A stretch of DNA of 64,000 nucleotides from positions 17,360,001-17,424,000 of the forward strand of contig OZ320322.1 in the NCBI GenBank assembly GCA_976226885.1, written 5' to 3'. Of this stretch, positions 49,911-59,640 are shown in pieces. Numbering within the stretch: the first letter of the stretch is position 1; each line of letters starts with the position of its first letter. The notes beneath the pieces are model-generated. The model was not told where the DNA came from. It made no database searches and worked only from the letters and a program-made list of their open reading frames with translations. The position numbers were made by a program, and so were the translations under genes. The stretch comes from Iphione sp. A-MEVVRFRX5 (taxonomy: Eukaryota).

Positions 49911-51296
49911 CTAGTTCTCATCATAGAGGTCCCTTATCTTCATAAGTACATTACCAACAAGATTCCCTACATCTACAGCAGACGCAATGTTATTCTCAGA
50001 CGGCAGTTTGATGCCTGTGCCCAAGCGAGAGTCAGAGTCCGCGTAAAGCAGGGTTTTACTACCCCACTGGCATAAAGTGTCAATGGATTCTGGAAACAAC
50101 CTAAACTTAGCCTTGAAGATTTTTTCAAGCAGTACCTCTGAAGCTTCCTCCCATTCTGTCGGAGCACTGATGCTTTCACTGATTCTCCTTATTTCAGTTA
50201 GCGATCCGGCACTGCTGATTCGTTTTGCCGCTTCAATGTCATCAGAGATGCAGGCCTTAGAAAAATGGTACGCATTTTCAACGCTGTCGTGGACGTGACC
50301 CTCGAAAACAAATGGTGCCACTTCAGTCGGCGAGATGTTTTCTACATTATTATTGAAGGCCACAAACTCTTCCGAGGAGTATACAGCATCATGCACTGGT
50401 TGAAGTTCGTCCGGGAGAAAGTTGATCTCATTCGGGGCATATTTGACACCGTCAATAATAACATCAATACCCCTTACAGTCGCGCGACTGCCACGTTTTC
50501 GAGCAGTCGCCGCGACTGTTTCAAGTTGTCTGTGCATCTCTCTTGCTCTCGGCGGCAAGTCCTCACGGATGAAAATTTCTTGATATTCAGGGATAGAAGA
50601 TAACTTTGACCTCTTATTCAGCACTAACCTTCTCAAGCTGCTCGACTCAAGAACTACACACCATCTGGATCTGCCACCGACAGCTGACAGGTCTGTGATC
50701 TCCTTGATTTGTTTGTGTTTTACACCCACTAGAGTAAACAGAAGCCTTCCAATAAAATTGCGAGGCTCTTTGCCATGCTTCAGCTCGGGTGCATCAATTA
50801 TCACTTGACTCGACCTGTTGCGAATTTCAGCCCTCGAAATATCGTTGTCAATCTTGTCGAGACGCCTTGAGGCACTGACAATGAGAGCCTCCGTAGCTGT
50901 TAATCGTCTGTCAGCCGTTGACAGCCTTTCCTTGAGCGCTTTGTTCTCAAGTTTTAGGCTATCAATTTCACCCTTTAGTTGGGAGATCTCCCTGTGGAAG
51001 GATGATTTTAGTTGATGGACTTCTGCCAAGACATCTTTAAGGTCGCCGGGTGTTGGGTTGACAGCATCGGACGCGTGGCTGGCATTGTTGACACCAGTGT
51101 TGACAGCAGTGACAGTATCCGATTGACCGGTGGGTCCTGACTCAGTAACTGTATTATCGTCCACAGCGTTCGCGTTGTTGTTAGCCGATGCACCTGCATC
51201 AACATGTTGGTTGCTCCCAGAGGGTCTGGACGAGTTGTCCTGGTTCTCGAGGTCAGAATGTTTTGTTTCCTGTTGCCTTCTGGTCTTAACACCCAT
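49911..51296 (-). CDS. LINE ORF1p: disordered N-terminus, coiled coil (aa 85-160), L1-type RRM (aa 161-248), CTD, and C-terminal NADAR/YbiA (DUF1768)-like domain (aa 311-459)
   Basis: RNRSSQVII, IFIREDL and IIDGVKY are typical ORF1 motifs. APFVFEG..SVENAYHFSKA..W...KAKF..LLYADSDSRLGTG..NLVGNVLMKIRD aligns by eye to YbiA. Confidence 0.85.
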   Translation of the reverse strand: MGVKTRRQQETKHSDLENQDNSSRPSGSNQHVDAGASANNNANAVDDNTVTESGPTGQSDTVTAVNTGVNNASHASDAVNPTPGDLKDVLAEVHQLKSSFHREISQLKGEIDSLKLENKALKERLSTADRRLTATEALIVSASRRLDKIDNDISRAEIRNRSSQVIIDAPELKHGKEPRNFIGRLLFTLVGVKHKQIKEITDLSAVGGRSRWCVVLESSSLRRLVLNKRSKLSSIPEYQEIFIREDLPPRAREMHRQLETVAATARKRGSRATVRGIDVIIDGVKYAPNEINFLPDELQPVHDAVYSSEEFVAFNNNVENISPTEVAPFVFEGHVHDSVENAYHFSKACISDDIEAAKRISSAGSLTEIRRISESISAPTEWEEASEVLLEKIFKAKFRLFPESIDTLCQWGSKTLLYADSDSRLGTGIKLPSENNIASAVDVGNLVGNVLMKIRDLYDEN

Positions 51297-51339
51297 GTTT
51301 GAACGTCTAAACTTAGCTACCAGCAGGACGACTAGAGAT

Positions 51340-51358
51340 CGACGTCAGCCCGCCATGT
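51340..51358 (-). promoter_or_regulatory. Putative internal promoter motifs of the LINE: YY1-type ACATGGCGG plus CRE-like TGACGTCG
   Basis: Minus strand GACATGGCGGGCTGACGTCG lies about 45-60 nt upstream of the ORF1 ATG. Confidence 0.45.
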
Positions 51359-52430
51359 CAGGTTCCAGCATTTTTTTTTTTTCTTTGCCGTATTAAAGCA
51401 GTCCCATCTTTATCGGTTTGTTGTTAGCAGCTGAATTAAGATCTAAAGAACTTGAAAAGCAGAATGAGCCATAATGTAGTTTATTTCAAGGTTATGTATA
51501 CTGCATCTGCTCCATAAATGCACGCGGTATAATGCATAAAGACACAGGGAAGGCATGGGCTATGTACCTAAAACCCACTAGACCAACGTTCCCGTAGCTA
51601 GGTAAGAGGTAAGAAAAACCCATAATTACGGGATGATTTGTGGCAGGGCTGCCGTATTGTATTACCAGCTGTCAGGTTTGTGGAGATGGTGGCTTGTTGC
51701 ATTGGGTGGGTGTTAACATATAAGGATCTCACACCTAATTATCTTGCTCTGCAACTGTCAACCCACATATTTTTTTTTAACTGATGAGGCCTGATGATGA
51801 ATTTACTTTTGTTATTCTATCCATCCAGACTTGTAAAACTATTATCAAGAACTATAAGGTAATTACATGTACAACCATCAGAACTATTGGAAATTAACCT
51901 CAATGTATACGTTTATCAGATGGTAAAAACTTGTATACTGTATTCTCTGTAATTAAACACTGTGTCTGTTACTTCATATCATATCTATGTACCATCCAGA
52001 CCTGTAAAACCGTCTTGTCGAGGCGTCTGCTGAATGAAGAATAACATTACTTCTTATCTTATCCCAGACACTTATTAATTCCTGTTCGCTTTGGTTTTTA
52101 GGCACAGGGTAACACTTTATCAACGTCGATGAGAAAAGGATGACAACAGCATGTAGAGGTACGTAAATGTATAAGAAAGTAGATGGGTTCTGAATTTCAT
52201 TGTAAGAGGCACCCGATTCCATGTGGGAATTTTCAGGATTTCTGAATTGATATTTCGTATGAAATCATCTTGGGATTATACAGGAATAGGACGGAACTTA
52301 TTCCTCTTTTTATTAAAATACATGTATGTCATTGAAAGTGGCCTCAGGCCACAAAATATGTGGTAAAATTCAACTTCTTTTTCAACTTCTTCTTTTCTTC
52401 TTTGAAGATTCGTAAATCGATCTACATTTA

Positions 52431-52995
52431 AGCACTATCCCCATAGACACAAATTACCTGCACGCACAAAGTGGCATGGTGCAGACTTCCCGGACCGTCC
52501 TGCAACAGGTGGCGAGGTCTATACCCATGTACGCAGACTATACGCATTATCTTCCTGATGTTTGTGTGTGTGTGTGTATGTGTGTATTTGTGCAAATCTC
52601 ACTGGATTCCTGTCAAATTTGTGTAAGTAATGTGTGTTTTTGTGCAGATCTCATTGAATTCCTGTCAAATTTGTGTAAATAATGTGTTTTTGTGTGCAGA
52701 TCTCATTGAATTCCTGTCAAATTTGTGTAAATGTTGTGTTTTTTGTGCAGATTTCATTGAATTCCCATCTTTTCTATTCTATTCTGTTGCATTCTATTGT
52801 ATCCCCAACACGCATGAGGTGGTGGGGTATGCGGGAAAACCGGACAAACACCGATCGTCCTGCACGCAGGAGGTGGTGTGTGCGGAAAGTTTGCTTACAT
52901 CGGTATAATTATATCTCAACTGCCTGGGCTGGACATCCCACACTCCATGCACATAGTGGCAGGTCCGGGATGTTCGCGTCTATGGGTATAGCGCT
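52431..52995 (+). mobile_element. PIF/Harbinger-type MITE carrying (TG)n, about 3.5 units of a 52-bp minisatellite and (ATTCT)n
   Basis: TTA|AGCACTATCCCCATAGAC ... GTCTATGGGTATAGCGCT|TTA. Confidence 0.85.
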
Positions 52996-53004
52996 TTATA
53001 TGTA

Positions 53005-53410
53005 CAGTCAAATGCCTATTTGTGACCACCACTCCAGGCCGAGCTCAACTGGTCAAATCAGCAATACTGGCCACAAATTGGTATAAGCCTATTCCCAATG
53101 AAATAATGTAACAAAGGCATGAATTTGCCATTTTTCTACCAACTTTTTATGAATTTTGCTGATTTTTATGGTCTAAACCTGCTGATTTGTGGGCTAAACC
53201 CACCAATTCACCATCTACACCTGCCGATTTGGGTGTTAATTGCCTAAAGTTCCTACACCTGAGTAGCCATTGGTGAGCTTTTTTGATGGTCACAAATTGG
53301 TATTATGTTGCTGCATAGGTAATCAGGAAAATATTTCCATTATGGGCTTAAATGGTTACAATGACAGTTTTAGTCACAAAGTGGTGTGGTTACAAATCAG
53401 CATTTGACTG
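53005..53410. mobile_element. Tc1/mariner-type MITE (406 bp)
   Basis: TA|CAGTCAAATGCCTATTTGTGACC ... GGTTACAAATCAGCATTTGACTG|TA. Confidence 0.8.
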
Positions 53411-54314
53411 TATATATATACGTTATATTCACAGTCATTTCGTATTATGCAGGTTACTCTCCCACGTCAACACTTCATTGAACGTTGGGAATTTCTCTGA
53501 GGGTATGAGAGCTTAAACTACATGAAAAACTATCAAGATTATGTAATCAACAGATGTTTACATATGACAACAGAGCTTCAGAAATTCAGAATAAGGATCC
53601 GCTCAGCATATATCAGACCTTAAAAGGCTAGTGCATCTGAAAACACCCAAGAGAAAGACTTCATGATGTTAACTCGATGGCAAGCGAGGAAAATACGACA
53701 TGGGAAGCACACTACACGATAATCACTTGCATAAGCCACTGACCACATGCGAAGATTTCTATCAACAACCAGAGAGGTCAGGATGCCTGGAATTCTCCGC
53801 GAAAATTCTTTGATTTTTGGCATATCTTCCTTGATAGGGAATAAATGAATCTCATCACAAATTTGAATTGGAAAGGCTGTAAACACATGTACTTAGCAAA
53901 ACAATTTCCTTGTGATGCATTTAAAGGTAATATTTCTTCTCATATTTTTTCTGACTTCCTTCCTATGTACTTGTCAGTTTTAGTGACAATATTATGTAAA
54001 TTCCATTGGCATGGTTACTTCTAATACCTGAATGTTGCCCAAACATTACTACATGTACTGCTACCTATTATATGTGCTTCTTTGTCCGACAGAGTTTAAT
54101 GTGAATTTCGCAAAGATGCAAAACAGCAAAAGAAAAGACTGAAAGCACCATAAATACCACCAGGTGAGTGAATGGTGCAGAATATGATCCTAAGGTGCAT
54201 AATGGTATAGCTGCCAATGGAAATGTGTCCAGGTGCAGCATGCGTGCAATAACTGCTTTTTCAATCAGCCGAAGCAAATATACTGTTTCCGATTGCATAG
54301 GAGATTTTTAAATA

Positions 54315-54783
54315 CAGTCACCTCTGCCTTAGGCAACCACCAAAGGGAAAAGTGATTGCCTCAGGCGAACGATCGCCTAAGCCATTTGTTAGGGAGTCCA
54401 GTAAAAGTCCTAAAAGTGTTGAATTTGATGAGTTAAAGTCTAAAATAGTCCTAAAAGTGCTTAATTTGATGAGCAACAGTCCAAAAAGTGCTGAATTTGA
54501 CAAGTAAAAGTCAAAAATAAGTCACTAATACCTCATCTGGAGTGGCAGGACCTCCTCAAGGGTGACTCCAGGGCGTGAATGGCCACTTCAGATGGTGAAA
54601 AATCAGTGTTTCTTACTGAAAATGGTGGTCTCATTAGGTGAATGGTCTCTTTAGGTGAGTGGTTGCCTGAGGAGGAGACCATCATATATGAAATGTACAG
54701 AAAAACAATCCATTCTGGCCAAAAGTCGTCGCCCTGGGCAAATGGTGGCCCCAGGCGGATGGTCTTTGGGTGAGAGTCAACTG
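54315..54783. mobile_element. Tc1/mariner-type MITE with internal degenerate tandem repeats
   Basis: TA|CAGTCACCTCT ... GAGAGTCAACTG|TA; internal AAAAGTCC/TGAATTTGA repeats. Confidence 0.6.
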
Positions 54784-55684
54784 TAATCAATATCGAGATT
54801 GTAACCTGATGGAATAAAGTTGTGAAAGCAGCACCAAACGGTTGCTTACGTTTTTCATGGCAACATATACTTATTTTCACCAGAGTTAAATTGCTGGTTG
54901 TTTTTTTAGTCACATGATGTTCTAACTGGTCGATGAGAGGCGAGTTTTCAAAGCAGGTTAGACATCGGGAGGAAGACACTAAAAAACTGCCTGATTTTGG
55001 ATCAGTGACAACTTTGCAACTCTCTAGCTGTATCAAAAACAGATTCATGAGATTGTACATTATACTGAAGATACATTGCAAATGACTTGACGTAAACTGA
55101 TCAGCCAACTGTGTCGTCACTCCCACTTGAAGAATTGAGTTGTATGAACCAATCAGATTGCAGCTCTCACAGAGGGCAAGCAATTTGAATCAGAGACAAA
55201 CAATGCTGCATAGTATTGAGGTCAATGTAACAGTTAAATATATTGGTTGATATTACAGATTGATTTAATTTTCTTTTATATGCATAAAGAAGATAAGAAT
55301 GATACACACTAGTTTTTTTTATTTTGGGTCAAACAGCTTGTAAGTTACAAGGGCTCAAATTTGAGTGTTTTAGCATTGAAAGGGCCTAGGAAGATAGCAG
55401 AATGTTTATGCAAGGACCACGTCTATGATGTTTGGCAGTGGGTGGATTTATCGTCCCAAAAGTAATTGATGAATATGCCTTCCTCCTACAGTGTGACATC
55501 AGTGCTGATTATTATCAACTCACGATGCAATACACTTCCATGACTGCTACTACTTCTTTTTCTCCAGGATGGATGTGATGATGAGGACTGGAGCAGCTTC
55601 TCTGACTGGATATAGCCTTTGGTCTTCCTCTTGTTTTATAGGCAGATGTCGTTACACAGGATCCCTGCTAAAGACAGACACTTA

Positions 55685-56281
55685 AGGGCTATACCCATGT
55701 GCACAAACCTTCTGCACCCGTCACTCTGTGCGTGCAGTGTGGGATGTCCGGCCAAGCAGTTAAGATTTAATTGTACCCATGTGCGCGGACAACCCGCACA
55801 CGCCAGCTGCTGCGTGCGGGATGATCGGTGATGGTCCGGGAATTCCACACCTTGCAACTCTGTGCATGATGATAATAGAATAGAATAGAGTAAAATAGAC
55901 ACAAGTTCAATGAGATCTGCACAAAAACATATCATTTACACAAATTTGACAGGAATTCAGTGAGACCTGCCCCAAAAACACATTTTTTACACAAATTTGA
56001 CAGAAATTCAACAAGATCTGCACAAAAAACAAATTTTTTACACAAATTTGACAGGCATTCAGTGAGATCTGCACACAAGAACACATTACTTACACAAATT
56101 TGACAGGAACTCGATGAGATGTGTACACATACACACATAAACACACACACACATCTGGAACACAGTGCGTATAGTTTGCATACATGGGGGTAGACCTCGC
56201 CACCTGTTGTAGAAAGGTCCAGGAAGCATGCACCACGCCACTAGTTATGTGTGGACCATTCTCACACATGGGTATAGCGCT
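55685..56281 (-). mobile_element. Inverted copy of the satellite-bearing Harbinger MITE (about 4.5 units)
   Basis: TTA|AGGGCTATACCCATG ... CATGGGTATAGCGCT|TTA; inverted 52-bp core units. Confidence 0.85.
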
Positions 56282-56484
56282 TTATACTTAGAGACGGCTT
56301 AGAAGAGGATGTGGTTGGAGAAATTCTTGATCTGCCATTCTTATACAGTAGATAGATGACTTTTGATCCTGAATGAAGCGAATCATGGTCGACTCTTCTA
56401 CCTTATTGGAAAATTTGTATAGTGGTGGTCTGATTTATTCCTCTAAACAGAGTTTAACAATCGCATAGTTGGTGTGAAAAAACA

Positions 56485-57190
56485 GAATCCACACCTGAAC
56501 TTATGCTGGAACCCACACCTGAACCCACTATCAAACTGACACCTGAGCCCATGAACAACCTTCATCCAGATCTCTCAAACCTGCCTCTGAACCCACGACC
56601 CACCCATACTCAAAACCACACTGAACCCACTGCATAACCCACACCAGGACCCACATCAAACCCATGAGTGAACCCAGATCTAAACTCACTACCCACCCAC
56701 ACCAAAACCCACACTTAACCCACACCAGGACCCACACCAAAGCCATGAGTGAACCTAGATCTAAACCCACTACCCACCTACATAGAGACGTACACTGAAA
56801 CTGACCTAAAACCCACGCCATAATGCATTCTCTGGCTCACATCCAAACTCATTCAGAATCCACATCTGGACCTCCACTTGAACCCACTCCAGAAACCACA
56901 TGTGAACCCACACCAAAAGCCACTCCTGAACTCACTACTCATCTACACTCTGAGAGACCCACATTTTTGAACCCACATCTTAAAACCCACTACCACACAC
57001 CCATCCAAACCCACACTGCACCTATTCCCGCAGCCACACCTAATCACACACCTGGATCGACAGGGGATCCACACCCAATCCGCTTTCAGAATTCACCCCT
57101 GAACCGACTACTGAACTGACTACTGAACAAATTTCAGACCCTTTCTGGAGCTCTCTCACACCTTACCAAGATATCAATTCTTGAGCTTGA
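56485..57190 (+). pseudogene. Decayed Pro/Thr/Glu-rich (EPTP, mucin-like) repeat coding sequence or coding-like minisatellite
   Basis: Degenerate GAACCCACACCT units translate as ESTPELMLEPTPEPT, LEPTPETTCEPTPKATPELTT and FTPEPTTELTTEQ in different frames with stops. Confidence 0.4.
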
Positions 57191-57331
57191 TAATTAAGTG
57201 GAATGCAGTAACTGATTGTCATGTATATGCAAACAAGGTCAGCTTTTGTTCCAAGCAAATGTGACTGTAAGAGCCTGTCGACTGCGATTCTCATGCTTTT
57301 CAAATTCCAACTGTCATTCTACCCTGTCATT

Positions 57332-59640
57332 TTGAATTGAATTGAATTGCCTTTATTTATGTCTCCAATAAAAGGTACAGAGCTTTTCACATAAATATTT
57401 GGAAACGTAGTAAAAATTACTTGGATTGTCATTGTAGTTGTTATTGTATAAGATCAAAAATTTCAAATTTTATCACAATACACCATATTGCACACCCTCT
57501 TACAGTATACCTGTAAAGAGTACAATCATCATCGGATTCTTTACAGAGGCATATATCAGGATTGAATAGTAAGATCATATTGCGAGATGCACATCACAGA
57601 TGAACATAGAAATATGTAGTTATTATGGTCACGTGTGTTTCTACGAATCTGCTTATCAAGCCCACATACATAGTAGTTGATACATGCGGTGGTATATTAG
57701 AGTTGAAGTAGTCATCCAGGGAGGTATCATCATATCGATGTGGGTGCCAAAGGTAACCCATCATAGCTGTCTCTCTAAAGGAGATTGACGCACAGCATTT
57801 AGGTAATTTCATACTTAGAAGAAATCTGAATGCTTTTTACCACTTATTATTGCTTGATAGGCTATCACAGGTATCAACATTTAAGATAAAATGAACATTA
57901 TTTCAATAATAGTGTCCTTGTGTGATCTTCTTCTTCAACTTAGAACTCAACATATTTCAGTATTTCTAGTAAAATTCACACACTAGCATCATAGTCATTC
58001 TGTACCGAGTAATACAGTCCCAAAATCGACTTACACAAACAAGTTCACCATCAGTCATACTTCACACCGAACACTCCTTGCATAAGTACATCCTGTCTCT
58101 CTCTCTTGTACCAGTCGATCATCCTGACTTCACTACACTCCTGCTAGTTTGTCAACGAGTGAATTGAATGGGGCATTTTGACCGCCTTTTTCGCAGCAGC
58201 TGGAAATGAGTTCCATGACACGACCCCCTTGTAGCGCAAAGACCTCGCATAGTGAGTAGTTCGGGGCCTCCCCACTGCAAGTCTTTTCTCACCACCTCCC
58301 CTAGTCTTTGAATGCCTTTCCTCGCCCAACAGACCTAGCTGTTGCAATTTGTGCACTGCCTGTAGGCCTCTGTTGGCAATTATAGTCTCCATCCTTTCAA
58401 TTCCAAGAATTGAGTTCAAGACTCTGGTAGGCAAGAAAGTCCCTTTCTGGGCTGCCGCACGCGCACAGCGGTTAAGGTGAATCTGTATCCTTACCTTCAT
58501 AGACGCTGAACACCCATACCATAGGATCAAGTGGTAGGTGAAGTGTGGCATGACCAGGGCTTTGAATAGAATACTCATATCCTTTAGGGGCAGTAACCTT
58601 TTAAGGCGAGACAATCTCAGTGCCACATACCAAGTCTTTTTTTTCACCACCGAGAGACTATCATGCATGTTGAGTTTTCCATCAATGGTATAACCCAACA
58701 ACTTCACTACCAGCAGCAGTGTTAGTCGCTCTCCCCCAAGATACACGTCTAGTGGTATACCAGATGCCTTGCCCATTGGGGTGTATGCGCACTTTGATGG
58801 ACTTAACAAAAGTCCTTCTTTAGTCACCCATTGATTGACAACATCTATTACCGATTGTACTCTTCCTCTGAGTCTCAAGAGGTCAGTTGATTGCACAATC
58901 ACTGAAATATTGTCGGCATACATGACTGTGGCACAGTGCTCAGGCAAATGGGAGGGCATTGTATCCATCACTAGGGTGAATGCACTGGGGCCAAAAATTG
59001 ACCCCTGTGGCACCCCCTGCTTAATACCCGGATGTTTGAGATATCGGGACCACATTTGACGTACTGCTCCCTTTCTGACAGATAGGAGGCTATTAGCTTT
59101 CTTGTTTGAGATCCTGCTCCTAACTCTGCAAGCCGTTCTAAGATCCTACAATGAGGAACAACATCGAACGCCTTGCGTAGGTCGAATGTCACCAGGCAGA
59201 CATAGCGTCTAAGGTTCATCCACTCCTCCACAGTGTTCAGTAGGGTAGAGATCGCCGTTTCTGTACTCATACCCCTCCAAAAACCATGCTGGCAGGAGCT
59301 CAGCTTTCCTTGTCTCAGTACCATGTCCATAATTGCTGGAGTGAACCATGCCTCGCATATTTTGCCAGGCATGGGTAGGATGGAAATGGGCTGGTAGTTC
59401 CCCAACTCATTACGACTCCCCTTCTTATGTATGGGGGTTACTCTGGCCCGTTTCCATCTTCGTGGGTAAACACCATTTCCTATGTTATCTGAACAATCCA
59501 TTGGTCTGCTGCCTGCCCAGGCATGAAACCACCTCTCCAATCTTTGATGCCAGACTGCAACAGACTACTGCCTGGTGCTTGTGTTGTTTTAACAGTTTTT
59601 TGCATTGAATAGGCTATGCGCGACTGAATTCCAGGTGTGT
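57332..59640 (-). mobile_element. 5'-truncated, decayed CR1-group LINE (copy C) with an 810-nt 3' UTR and (AATTC)n tail
   Basis: RT motifs are present. The minus-strand 3' end reads GCTCTGTACCTTTTATTGGAGACATA-AATAAA-GGC-(AATTC)3. Linking this tail to the ORF is inferred from the parallel with copies A and B. Confidence 0.8.
58144..59600 (-). pseudogene. LINE ORF2 RT fragment with frameshifts (about 59026 and about 59500-59545) and YADD to YADN
   Basis: WKRARVTPIHKKG, NYQPISILP, QHGFWRG, FDLRKAFD, GVPQGSIFGP, YADN and RYKGVVSWNSFP. Confidence 0.92.

Larger units (their letters stand above)
45514..51360 (-). mobile_element. Near full-length CR1-group LINE (copy B): 5' UTR - ORF1(NADAR) - SGNH-like ORF - spacer - ORF2(APE-RT, internally deleted) - 690-nt 3' UTR - stem-loop - AATAAA - (TCTTGAA)4
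   Basis: All ORFs are co-oriented on the minus strand. The 5' end carries ACATGGCGG and the 3' tail lies at 45514-45579. No clear TSD. Confidence 0.88.

Noticed and set aside
45505-51385. Target-site duplication for LINE copy B
   Set aside because: No convincing direct repeat at the two flanks; CR1/L2-group insertions often lack clear TSDs.
54533-55183. 216-aa minus-strand ORF
   Set aside because: It crosses a MITE boundary (54783) in frame with no motif or splice support, so it is probably a chance open frame.
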